Shown: piece after piece, positions 21,001 to 30,500 of the stretch
Position numbering within the stretch: the first letter of the stretch is position 1
Layout: every line of letters starts with the position of its first letter
Origin: a virus
Lineage: Duplodnaviria > Caudoviricetes
IMG/VR virus record: IMGVR_UViG_3300043821_000026
Coordinates: 1 to 64,000 of that record
DNA length: 64,000 nucleotides
Direction: 5' to 3' (one strand)
Translations under genes and position numbers: made by a program
Notes under the pieces: generated by a model
The model's input: only the letters and a program-made list of their open reading frames with translations
The model's database searches: none
What the model was told of the DNA's origin: nothing

Positions 21001-21486
21001 TTCTATTTCCTTAAAGGATTTAGTATGAGAACACAAAAGAAACAACCATTATATATAGATTTAGAGTTAGGTTTTGGTCCTGATAATCCAGAAGATATTG
21101 AAGAACCTAATGGTAGTAGTGGTACTGGGGGAACAACTTCAGGTGGAACTAAAGACCAAATTTGTCAAACATTAGCTCAACAAATAAGATATTCATTTGA
21201 TTATACTTGTGATTGGTCTGATGCTGCTTGCGTATTACAAGAAGGTAAAACTGACTGTTTTGGTATGAGTAATTTATTATATACTCAATTAACAGCTGCT
21301 GGGGTACAAGCAAGAGTTATTGAATACGCATCATCAGCTGCACCTAGTGGTAGACACAGAAGTGTACAAACTAATGAAGGTGGAACTTGGACTGATATCG
21401 ATTATAGAAGTTATGGATTTGATACTAATTTTGTAAATATGAAAACTAAATCTGGCTGTCGAGTTTTAAATGGTGGTGGCAAATAA
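18049..21486 (+). CDS. Baseplate hub-like protein 1 with inserted 'PRAHDD' domain and C-terminal transglutaminase-like Cys protease (putative pseudomurein hydrolase)
   Basis: Hub-like N-terminus (VFYGKVTHV) and late 'GFYNSVTVKY' segment. C-terminal TDCFGMS...GRHRSV...WTDID gives a Cys-His-Asp triad. Long Ser/Thr/Gly linkers. Confidence 0.7.
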   Translation: MPKASSKDNTGDSKSDDSKTKTSTNNGNDDSDNGKSKLYCEKLTVKTASDNKTHGYFTKFYLTYDVNNSVAPASLICGHISDDVIKYWANNNDYVTVYSGYKDDDKPTEVFYGKVTHVRQRGYQLELQLDNIGRRFKQKIPEEFRSSYIFNQNVRDAFQAICEFIGVHFVCPPHVDLDDQNASSSTDANSANQNISTENGVASSNAKSAGKQGSSTGSTVGAVAGAAVGAVAGGFSTGTVQGAVAGAKQGANTGSAAGSAIGGAVGTAAANAVNAATGATDGTGTTDEEPTEQIGYQGIEFDSTGAICKSGKKIEENPDIIKATEALTDLPFDLYVKAYEEYLEKKKEAEEAAKKAASSSSSGTSGTSSSSGSSKSSSGSSSSKSSSSSSNKPKTVTDPNNSSITYTLNANGTVTRKVNGSPYSWGTNVTVKSVNYVPANIRKKLGGTSSNTEAAKSIISDVKSKGSSSSKSGTGSNTSNEQKSTDVQQKKKNPEYPTPADIHEDLMKYLRGETFEELHDEIMDYDAITIEPKTASSSSTTSTPTTNMGTTGTTGTTGTGTTGTTSSTGSSSSGSSKSSSSSSGSSKSKNGVGSYIQTAGSVQSGINNQKTASKSSNKDKSTGSGTSAKSNAQNALSTSTANAAATGTSGTATGANAGMTVVVNSDNIQGKDADQKRIDACVSALQQAGYTAQSSGIDPNAHCSDTKSNQNSYIVCIVGGACSGTFNDMLSSGYQSTLQSNSDKVGIAFMYAYSGMTNGLKGVSWLPRAHDDTFSDPSFTGMSNPVQTLQQGGIGYCESGDETQFPQEVVKMVSGSAGAAQSTGGGSLIYKDKTFEDCIRRICESTDSVFIVECNAAFLFPYTDWMQLLNQKKGIKHIYKMDMDTDTFEFNYANDGFYNSVTVKYKGGSVTEKYEDLIKIYGENNKEFEDEEIDEDTARYKANSYLAQYVRAYNNKTRLRALQRYRYLGGNFYTVQNPLTNHNEFYFLKGFSMRTQKKQPLYIDLELGFGPDNPEDIEEPNGSSGTGGTTSGGTKDQICQTLAQQIRYSFDYTCDWSDAACVLQEGKTDCFGMSNLLYTQLTAAGVQARVIEYASSAAPSGRHRSVQTNEGGTWTDIDYRSYGFDTNFVNMKTKSGCRVLNGGGK

Positions 21487-24443
21487 TGTTTGTCGAAAGA
21501 GTAAAAGTACGAACACTTGATGATAATAAAACTCATGGTTATTTTAGCGAAATTGAAGTAGATATAGATAATGATGTACCTGTTGGTATTGCTAAACTTA
21601 CTTGTGGTTATAGTGAAGATGTCCGTAAATATTGGGATACAACGGAGTCACCTGTTATATTAGATATTGGTATTGATGGTAAGAAACATAATTCTTTTAT
21701 TGGTAGAGTTGAAAAAGTAACACAGAAAGGATATAGTTTAACAGTTTATCTACAAAATGCTGGTTGGAAATTTAAAGCTCATGTACCTAAAGAATTTAGA
21801 AAAACTTTTGTTGCTGGTCAAAAAGTAACAGATACTTTTCAAGCAATTTGCGAAGCATGGGGTTTACAGTTTTGTTACTCAATTGAAGAGTTAAATGACT
21901 ATTCATTTGCAACTGATGGATATTCAGTTCAAAAAGGTGGACAAACATTAGAAGAAGTTCCAAACGAAATAGATGAAATAACTGGTGTAGCAGATGCTAA
22001 AGCACAGATGAGTCAAACAAATAATAACAACTCTAATCTTAACAATAATGTTCTTACTGGAGCTAATGCTGATGATTCTAAAAGTGTAACAGATAATAGT
22101 AGTATTAATAATAAACCTGCTGATAATACAGCTAGTGGGCAATCTAGTTCCAATAATCAAAAATTTACTCAACAATCAAATAAAAACAGTAGTGGTACTA
22201 CTGGTACTACTGGTACTACTGGTACTACTGGAAGTAATACTCAACAAAATAGTCAAGCTCAACAAGAATCTGATAAAGAAGATTTAGAAAAAAAGGTTAA
22301 AAAATATAAAAAAGATTTTGAAGCTAAAATTAAAAAATTAATTCAAGGAGATTATATCTATCAAGATAGTGATGTTGTAAGTTCAGTATTTGATTATGAT
22401 GCTATAAGTGTTGTTCCTAAAGCTGTAACAGAAACTACCTCTACTAGTACACCAACAACCGTTGCTAGTGGTACAGGAACAACTGGTACTACAGGTGCAA
22501 GTACAAGTGGAACTAATGGTACTGCTGGTACAAATAATCAACAATCAACTGGAAGTAATTCTAATAGTCAGAAATCAAATCAACAATCAAATTCAAGCAC
22601 TACACAAACTACTGGAGGCACTAATTCTGGTGGTAGTTTTCCGGGAGCAGGTATACAATCACCTACTACCGAAACTATAACCGTTACTGGACAACGTTCT
22701 TGTTATTGTTGTCATTGTAGTGGTACTGTAACAAATACGTTTTATAACTATTGCCAACAATGTGGTAAGATTGGAACAATGTCTGATAACCCTAAAGGAA
22801 CAGCAGAACATGAAATAACATGTGATACTGCAAAAGGTGGATGTGGAGCAGATTATTGTGTATGTTGTGGTGGTTGTAAACAAAGCCCAACAAGCTGTTC
22901 TAATTCAGCTATGGCACTTATACCAGCTGGAACTGGAGCAGTATCTAAAACTAGTGGTGGAAGTACATATGTGAAAATACCTGATAAAACATTTTGGGGA
23001 TTAATGACACAAATTTGCGGAGCTACAGATAGTTTATTTATTGTTGCTAATAATTGTGTATATTTATTACAATATCGTGATTTATATAATTATGCAGACC
23101 AATACTCAAAAAATATTAATACAATTGAAAAAAAATACATTCAAAGAGATGGGCTTGTTGAAACATGGCCAGCAACAGGGTTCTACAATACAGTTGTTGT
23201 TAATGGTATAAAGGTTGCATATCAAGAATTAGTTGATTTATATGGTGAATCAATTTATCATTATGATTTAACAGAAGCTAAAACAAAAGAAGATGGGACT
23301 GCTAATAATGTAGGACAATCAACTCCTACCACTACAACTGTTGATAATTCTAAATCATCAAGTAGTAAGGATTCATCTCAAAAAAGTTCTAGTAGTAAAT
23401 CATCATCTTCAGATAAAGATGAAGATTATTCAAAAAATAAAATAAGTGATACTGCTAAAGCTATTGCGCTATTATCTCAACATATACGAGATTATGGTAT
23501 GGGGTTAAAATTAAGAACTTTACATAATGCTGGAATTACTCCGGGTTCTTTTGTTAAGGTAGATAATCCTCTTAAATTAGCTACAACACAGTCTAAAACT
23601 ACAGATACAAGTTCATCTTCAACAACAAATTCAACAACAAATTCAACAACAAAAACAATAGCTAAAAAAGCATCTGATTCAAATAAAAAAATAAACTCAA
23701 ATAATAAAACAGATTCTAGCAAAGATGATGACGATATAAAAACAACTAAAAATCTTGAACAATATTTTGTTCAAGGTTATACTATAAAATGGAGTAAAAA
23801 AGATAATTTAACTATGGATGTTGAGCTTAAATATGGTCCAGATACACCTGATGACCCAATTAATGCTACAATCACTATTGGTGGAGGTAGTGGTGGAACA
23901 GTTGGAAATACTTGTAATTTAACAGATTATGGACCTTGTACTAACGGACATAATGAAACGATGCAACCGGGTGATATGAGTGTTAATAATAATCAAAAAA
24001 TTAGTCCAGAAGGAGCTTTAGGAAATCCAACTGCTAATGATTATTGCCAAATCGGAAGTGCAAATACCGTTTATGGACAAGCTGTTCAAGGAATGACTCC
24101 GCAAGAAGTATATTACTTATTAACACAAAATCATCCATATTCATGCTATCCTGACTCCATCTATCCCGGAGGTTGTAGTGATGCATTTAATGCTGGTGGA
24201 TTAAACTGTGGAGATATGTCACGTTTATTAAAATGTTGTATGGATGTAATAGGAGTACCATGTTATATTATACACGTACCGGGTCATTTTTATTGTGGTA
24301 TATGCGTTAATGGAACATGGCAAACAATGGATGGGACAAGAAAGAATGGACATCATGGAGCTGCCGATGATACAAATACATGTCATTTTTCAGCAGCAAA
24401 TCCACATAGTACAAGTTTAGGTTATACAAGCAGTAATGTTTAG
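21486..24443 (+). CDS. Baseplate hub-like protein 2 (paralog of previous) with inserted Cys-rich domain and C-terminal transglutaminase-like domain
   Basis: Shares KTHGYF, F..ICE..G..F, DYDAI, DKTF..IC..TDS.FIV..N, GFYN.V.V and GPD.P.D blocks with hub 1. C-terminal LNCGDMSRLL...PGHFY...WQTMDGT triad. Confidence 0.7.
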   Translation: MFVERVKVRTLDDNKTHGYFSEIEVDIDNDVPVGIAKLTCGYSEDVRKYWDTTESPVILDIGIDGKKHNSFIGRVEKVTQKGYSLTVYLQNAGWKFKAHVPKEFRKTFVAGQKVTDTFQAICEAWGLQFCYSIEELNDYSFATDGYSVQKGGQTLEEVPNEIDEITGVADAKAQMSQTNNNNSNLNNNVLTGANADDSKSVTDNSSINNKPADNTASGQSSSNNQKFTQQSNKNSSGTTGTTGTTGTTGSNTQQNSQAQQESDKEDLEKKVKKYKKDFEAKIKKLIQGDYIYQDSDVVSSVFDYDAISVVPKAVTETTSTSTPTTVASGTGTTGTTGASTSGTNGTAGTNNQQSTGSNSNSQKSNQQSNSSTTQTTGGTNSGGSFPGAGIQSPTTETITVTGQRSCYCCHCSGTVTNTFYNYCQQCGKIGTMSDNPKGTAEHEITCDTAKGGCGADYCVCCGGCKQSPTSCSNSAMALIPAGTGAVSKTSGGSTYVKIPDKTFWGLMTQICGATDSLFIVANNCVYLLQYRDLYNYADQYSKNINTIEKKYIQRDGLVETWPATGFYNTVVVNGIKVAYQELVDLYGESIYHYDLTEAKTKEDGTANNVGQSTPTTTTVDNSKSSSSKDSSQKSSSSKSSSSDKDEDYSKNKISDTAKAIALLSQHIRDYGMGLKLRTLHNAGITPGSFVKVDNPLKLATTQSKTTDTSSSSTTNSTTNSTTKTIAKKASDSNKKINSNNKTDSSKDDDDIKTTKNLEQYFVQGYTIKWSKKDNLTMDVELKYGPDTPDDPINATITIGGGSGGTVGNTCNLTDYGPCTNGHNETMQPGDMSVNNNQKISPEGALGNPTANDYCQIGSANTVYGQAVQGMTPQEVYYLLTQNHPYSCYPDSIYPGGCSDAFNAGGLNCGDMSRLLKCCMDVIGVPCYIIHVPGHFYCGICVNGTWQTMDGTRKNGHHGAADDTNTCHFSAANPHSTSLGYTSSNV

Positions 24444-24452
24444 AGGTGAAGT

Positions 24453-25853
24453 ATGGATAATAAACCATTTTTTAGACCAACAGACGCAAGTTTTAGAAAA
24501 AGCGTTGCTGTTGTGTCAGGAAGTAAAACAGCAGGAGCAAAAATTCAAGATTTAGAAGATGACGATAAAATTCTAAAAGAAGTTCAAGGATATGTAGAAA
24601 GAATTAACATGTCCCAAGTTCAATCAAATGGTTGGATTTGTCGTAGTGATGATGGGGTAAAGTATAATTGTTCTATATCATCAGAACTTTATACAGTACC
24701 TGAAGGTACAACAAAAAAAGGATATTTATATCCTAAAAAAAAGATGAGAGTTACTATATCAGTTAATCCTGTTAAAAGAAAATATACTATTACAGAAATT
24801 ACTGATGGATTTTCAAATATCAAAAATTGGGTCAAAGAGGATACTATTACCCTAGCTCATAATAATGCGGCTGTACAAGTTAGTAGTGATTCGACAAAAA
24901 TAGCATATAATGATGCTACAAATGATAAGAAAGAAAATAGTGTTAGTGTAGATGCTAATGGTGTTAGTGTTAACGGTGATGTTAAGGTTAATGGCAAAAA
25001 GGTTGAAGATATACTTAAAGCTACTATGCAAGATTATTTACAATTAGAAGCAGGTAATTCACTCTACACACAATGTGGTAATAAAATAATGATTGAGCAG
25101 TCTTATAATATCGCTAACCTAACGCTTAGAGATTTCGAAATTGATATTGCAAAATCAGGTAAGCGTATATGTCATATATACGATGAAGATATGTGGCCAG
25201 CAACTAGTAAGTCTTACTTAGCTTTATCTGATAGTCTTCAAACTTCTGATATTCTAAAAGTTAATACAAGTGGTGATATTTATCTATATACTTCTGGAGA
25301 AGAAGGACATAGAGTATTTAATACTTCTGTTACATGGGTAACTAATTTATCAGATAGGAAAAATGTTATTGAGTTTGGTGGGTCTGCTAGCTGTACATGC
25401 AACTGTCATCAAGCTGGAGAAGTAGTAAATACTGTTGCTTTAAATTATTGTCCTATGTGTAAAACATTTGGTCATTTAGTACAAATTGAAAATAAAATTA
25501 AATGCGAATCATGTAATTCAGAATTTTGCGGTGTATGCGGTAGAAATCTTAAAAAAGAATGTGATACAGATAAAAAACTAAAAGGAGATGCTAGTACTAT
25601 TACAGCAAAAGGTGAAGCTACCTGTAAATGCTGTGATGGCAAAAAAATAGTAGAAAAACGATATATGAACTATTGTCCAAAATGTAAAAAATGGAATACT
25701 TTATCAGAAAATAAAAGAGATGATGATAAAACTGATATTAAATGTTCTGGTTGTAGTTCTACATATTGTATATATTGTGGAGCATTAAATACAAATGAAA
25801 CTACTTGTAAAAAACAAGAAACAAGATTAATATATATTGGAAGAATAGAATGA
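24453..25853 (+). CDS. Putative central baseplate spike (gpV-like) with two C-terminal Cys-rich domains
   Basis: Follows the hubs. Putative OB-fold N-terminus, then short beta-strand repeats ending 'VSVDANGVSVNGDVKVNGKKV', then two multi-CxxC domains. Confidence 0.6.
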   Translation: MDNKPFFRPTDASFRKSVAVVSGSKTAGAKIQDLEDDDKILKEVQGYVERINMSQVQSNGWICRSDDGVKYNCSISSELYTVPEGTTKKGYLYPKKKMRVTISVNPVKRKYTITEITDGFSNIKNWVKEDTITLAHNNAAVQVSSDSTKIAYNDATNDKKENSVSVDANGVSVNGDVKVNGKKVEDILKATMQDYLQLEAGNSLYTQCGNKIMIEQSYNIANLTLRDFEIDIAKSGKRICHIYDEDMWPATSKSYLALSDSLQTSDILKVNTSGDIYLYTSGEEGHRVFNTSVTWVTNLSDRKNVIEFGGSASCTCNCHQAGEVVNTVALNYCPMCKTFGHLVQIENKIKCESCNSEFCGVCGRNLKKECDTDKKLKGDASTITAKGEATCKCCDGKKIVEKRYMNYCPKCKKWNTLSENKRDDDKTDIKCSGCSSTYCIYCGALNTNETTCKKQETRLIYIGRIE

Positions 25854-25863
25854 GGAATATAAA

Positions 25864-26991
25864 ATGGTAATAACGAATACAATGACTGCTTCAGAAATTA
25901 ATGAGCAAATATGGAATTTATATATACAATATGGATTAGTAAATAGAAAATTTACAAAGGGAAGACTTGGACTTTTAACATCTGCAATATCTACAGAATT
26001 AGGTGTTATTATGTCTATATTAAATTCGTACGCATCTCAATTTAGTATAGATACGGTAACAGATGCTTCGTTATTAGAATCAATGATTAAACCCTTTACA
26101 ATTAGAAGACCAGCAACATATTCTAGAGTATTACTTACATTTACAAGAGCAGATAATTATAATGAATCCGTAAGAATACCACGTGGTTTTGCTGTATCTG
26201 ATTCAGGAGATAGTACTGTTATATTTAAAACAGCTTCAGATATTTATTTATGGAAAGGAAACAAATCTGCAACAGGTGTTGCTTATTGTGTCAACACAGG
26301 TTCTAAATATAATGTTGTTGCAAATAAATTAACTTATTTCAGTAATTCAGAATGGAATACGGTTTTATATGTTAATAATGAAGAACCAGCATTTGGTGGA
26401 ATGGATGATGAATCACTTGAAAGCGCTAAACAAAGAGCTAATATGTTTAGATATGATAGAGATGGTACTACTGTACATCTTCGTTCATTAATGTATCAAT
26501 TAGGGCTAAATGTACAACAATATTACATTGAAGAATATGGTATGGGTTATGGAACAATCTTAATTATCTTAGATGTTGATTCAGAATCTGAATTTCAGGA
26601 TATTCAACAAAAGTTATTATATGATAAAGTAATGGGTGTAAAATATTATTTCGTTAGAGCTAATAGAAGATATGTAAACTTCTATGTTCATTTAAAAACT
26701 ATTGGCGCTTCTGATTATAGCGAAGCGGAAAAAGAAAATATTTATACAATTGTTCAAAATACAATTCAAAATATTTTTGCTTATTATTTATCTGTTGGTG
26801 TAGACTTATCTGTTACTACTTTAGTTACTGAAATTAATACACAATTATCTGGAAATTATAATATATATTCTGTTAGTGTTAGTTTTGATGAAGGAGTAAC
26901 TATTGAAAAAAATAATAAAATTAAAGTTAGTAAATATGAAAGAGTTTATACTAATAAAATTGTTACTGATATAACCTATATTGGTGAGTAA
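25864..26991 (+). CDS. Baseplate J-like wedge protein
   Basis: Motifs 'IPRGFAV', 'GSKYNV..NKLT', 'PAFGGMDDESLESAKQR'. 375 aa. Confidence 0.85.
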   Translation: MVITNTMTASEINEQIWNLYIQYGLVNRKFTKGRLGLLTSAISTELGVIMSILNSYASQFSIDTVTDASLLESMIKPFTIRRPATYSRVLLTFTRADNYNESVRIPRGFAVSDSGDSTVIFKTASDIYLWKGNKSATGVAYCVNTGSKYNVVANKLTYFSNSEWNTVLYVNNEEPAFGGMDDESLESAKQRANMFRYDRDGTTVHLRSLMYQLGLNVQQYYIEEYGMGYGTILIILDVDSESEFQDIQQKLLYDKVMGVKYYFVRANRRYVNFYVHLKTIGASDYSEAEKENIYTIVQNTIQNIFAYYLSVGVDLSVTTLVTEINTQLSGNYNIYSVSVSFDEGVTIEKNNKIKVSKYERVYTNKIVTDITYIGE

Positions 26992-26992
26992 A

Positions 26993-27508
26993 ATGATATG
27001 TAATAGAAATAGAATTCATGACGCAGAATCAACTATAGACGCAGATTCAGATATTAAACCATGTAAGAATAGTTGTTGCGAGGATGACCTTACAACGGAT
27101 GGAGATATTAGTGATATCTTAACAGACTTACATCCAGAAGGATGGGGGGAAAAAACTGACTTCTCACATTGTGATGGTGATATAACAATTGTTAATGATG
27201 AAGAAACATTATGGCAAGCATTGATTGGGGAAATTAAAACTCCTTATGGTGTATTACCTTCAGTAGGGCAATCTGAATATGGCTGTCATATATGGGATTT
27301 AATGGGAGATAATATGGACGCATTTTTTTATGAAGAATTTCGTAATGATATCGAAGAAATGTGTAAAGCTTATCCACAAATAAATAAAGTAGTTGATATT
27401 GATTTAAGAGTAGGAGATAAGGGTAGTTTATCTGTTGAATTAACGGTAGATTCAATCTATGGTAAATTTACTGGCAAAGAAAGACTGGCATGGACTGGCA
27501 GTTTTTAA
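26993..27508 (+). CDS. Baseplate gp25/W-like (sheath initiator) protein
   Basis: 'GDITIVNDEETLWQAL..EIKTPYG....EYGCHIWDLMG...YPQI' gp25/gp46-like pattern. ATG 26993 follows GGTGA. Confidence 0.7.
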   Translation: MICNRNRIHDAESTIDADSDIKPCKNSCCEDDLTTDGDISDILTDLHPEGWGEKTDFSHCDGDITIVNDEETLWQALIGEIKTPYGVLPSVGQSEYGCHIWDLMGDNMDAFFYEEFRNDIEEMCKAYPQINKVVDIDLRVGDKGSLSVELTVDSIYGKFTGKERLAWTGSF

Positions 27509-27517
27509 AATTATATT

Positions 27518-27560
27518 AAAAAATTTAATTCTTTATATAATACAAAAAATAAAAATTTTC
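27518..27560 (+). promoter_or_regulatory. Repeated viral promoter copy P3
   Basis: AAAAAA-TTTAATTCT-TTATATA (27533-27539)-ATACAAAAAATAAAAATTTT, then GAGGT RBS. Confidence 0.7.
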
Positions 27561-27585
27561 TTAATTAGAAATGAGGTATTATATA

Positions 27586-30500
27586 ATGGAATTAAACAAT
27601 TTAAAATTTGCTAATTGGTATAGAAATTTCCCAGAATGGTGGAGGCAAGATGCTTTTCTTGACGCTATCGGTGCGATTTTGGGTGAATTAAGTTTTTATT
27701 ACGCTTATTTATTATTAACTACAAAACTTGAGCAACCAGTTCAAGTATGGTTAGATGCTCAAAGAAATGAAGAAGATTATGTATTAACTAAAAATATCAA
27801 TATTAATAATGCAAATGAAGATGAAAGAAAATTACCGTACTATTTTTTAACACCAGCACCATTATATAAAACTAAAGGAACAATTGAGTTAATCTTTAAT
27901 TGTGAAAAATCAATTCAAAATCTTAAAATAATGATTAATGAAACTGATGGATTACAAATTCCATTTAGTATAAAATCAGGAACATTATTAATAGATTTAA
28001 CTGAAGGTAAAAATTACTTCAATGATGAAGAAGTATCTTTAACAACTATTGGCGAAGGTATTACTTATTTTAAAACATCAAGATATCAAAAAGAGATGAC
28101 TGGTAACGGTCCTGTTCATAATGAATGCGTTAGATTAACATTACTTAGCGACAATCAAGATGATAATGTTAATATTATTATGACTGTAACGCTAACAAAA
28201 CCAGTATTTCATGTTGAACAAAACATTAAATTATCTAGTATAGCTTTACTTCCAATATCAGAAGTTAGAATGTATGTCTACTACGAAACACCATTTAATG
28301 AAGAGCTAAATGGATGGAGATATGTATTTAAAAAAGAGTATCCAAAAGATAAAATTACTGTTTATGATAGATTAACAAAGCATTTCTACGCTAAAAAATT
28401 TTATGTAGAAGTTGGTTTTAGAGGTCTTGATTTTGGATTAACCGTTGGTTTTCCACAAAGATATGATTTAGAAGATACAAGAGATATTTTTTATATTAAC
28501 ACTAATTTAGATAAATGGGGAGATACATACGCATTACCTCGTAGATATTATAAAGATGGTGTTAATGATATTATAGATGAAGATGATTATCCAAACACAT
28601 TACCTCCATATTATCCATATGATGTAGAACAAGATTATTGGTACGAACGTAGATTAATGAATGAATATGTATGGAATCCAAATGCAGTTAATAATGTATT
28701 TGTAAGAGATAGTGAAGATAACAATGTTATATTTTTAGAAAGTATTGACCCATATGTTGAAGACTTAGTTATCGAAACAGGAAGTAAATTACCAACTGTT
28801 GATGATACACGTGAAATTAAAGGTATAATGCCTGTTAATGTATTCCAACAATCTACTGCTAGTGCGAATAAGCAAGTTAAGTTTGAAGAAATTGAAAATT
28901 TACTATCAGAGGATAATAACTATACATCGGTATCATTAAGTAAATTATATAATAAATCTATTGGCTTAGAAAAGTATCGAAGTTTTTTAGTTGATATAAT
29001 GTATGATTTATCTTCACTTCCAGAAAATATCTTTATTAAAGGATTTGAGTTTTGCATTGATAATGAATCATCTAATAATTCTGTTTCAAAAATTAACGAT
29101 ATTAGAACAGCAATATTATTAAATAATGTTGTTAAAGAAGAAAGTAATGTTTTAGCAGGTATTTTTAGACCAAAATGTGAATACTGTATATATGAAGATG
29201 ATTATAAAGGATATAAACAATATGCTAAAACATGGGTTAATCAATGTCCTCATTGTGGCAAAACTGGAACATTAAGAAGAGATAATGCAGATAATAAAAA
29301 CCTTCAAGATACAGGTGCATTAGTATGTGACCATTGTGGCGCTATATATTGTGGTTTCTGTGGAACCATGACTAATTTAGAAGATTATGGCAAAACAGAC
29401 AAAGATATTGTCTATAAATTAAAGAATGGTATTAATTTATCATATTATCAACCAATTACTACTTCTGGATATTACGAACAAACTAGAGATAAAATTATTT
29501 ATGGTGGACCTACAGATACTTTTGGGTTAACAGATATAGTTAATAATGGATATAAAGATATAGATTTAAGAGATTATCTACATGATTATGGAATGCACTT
29601 TATGTTCGGTATAACTAATTTAGATGAACAACAAGATTGTATTATAAATATATATAATGCAAAATTAAATATATATTATGAATATAAAGAAACAGATTTA
29701 ATATTATCTGCTAGTTTAAAATACAATAAAGATAGTAGTGCAGATTTAGATATTACACTATCTAATATTGGAGAAATTACCATTAATGACGATATATATG
29801 TTGCAACATCATCTTTATTAAATCTTGATAATACATCAAAAAGTAGAATATATATACCAGTAGATAGTTTAACACCAAATAGCTCATATCAAAAAACAAT
29901 TCATATCGCACCATCTAATACTATAAGTGATGGTATTTATGATATTTTAGTATCTTGTCAAGATATGCAAAGACATGTTAGATATAAACATAACTCCGAT
30001 GGATTAATAGAAACTAAACTTATTATCTATCCTGCTTATACTGTAAACAATAATGGCGTAAAAAGTATTCCAAAATTATATGCTTATATATCAGCCGAAG
30101 ATGGTTCTGTAATATCATATAATGAACATACTGATTCATCTATTGGTAATAAAGTTAAATTTTATGTTGATGATTATTTATTAAAAGATAATAACGGAAA
30201 CTATACATTTAATGTAGACAAAAATGTAAGTACTGCTCAAGATATTCCGATTCAAAGCAATTTAGCTGGAGTTTATAAATTAGAAGCTCAATATAGTGGA
30301 AATAGCAAATATGCTCCGTGTAATGGTATTTCAGATATTTTAATCAGTAAAGAAAATACCATATTGACAATAGATAAGACTTATACTTATAAACAAGATA
30401 GTAGTATGAGTTTTACAGCTTCAATTAAAACAGATAAAAATATTCCTGTTAATGAAGGTATGGTTACATTTTATATTTGCGATAAAGAAAATAATTGTAA

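Noticed and set aside
19690-22230. Short tandem repeats (e.g. GGTACTACT x4 at 22194-22229) as regulatory or contingency loci
   Set aside because: Unit lengths are multiples of 3 and encode Gly/Thr/Ser linkers, so changes would only alter linker length.
6075-27508. Extracellular contractile injection system or tailocin rather than a virus
   Set aside because: Protease, capsid and neck genes are contiguous with the tail genes.
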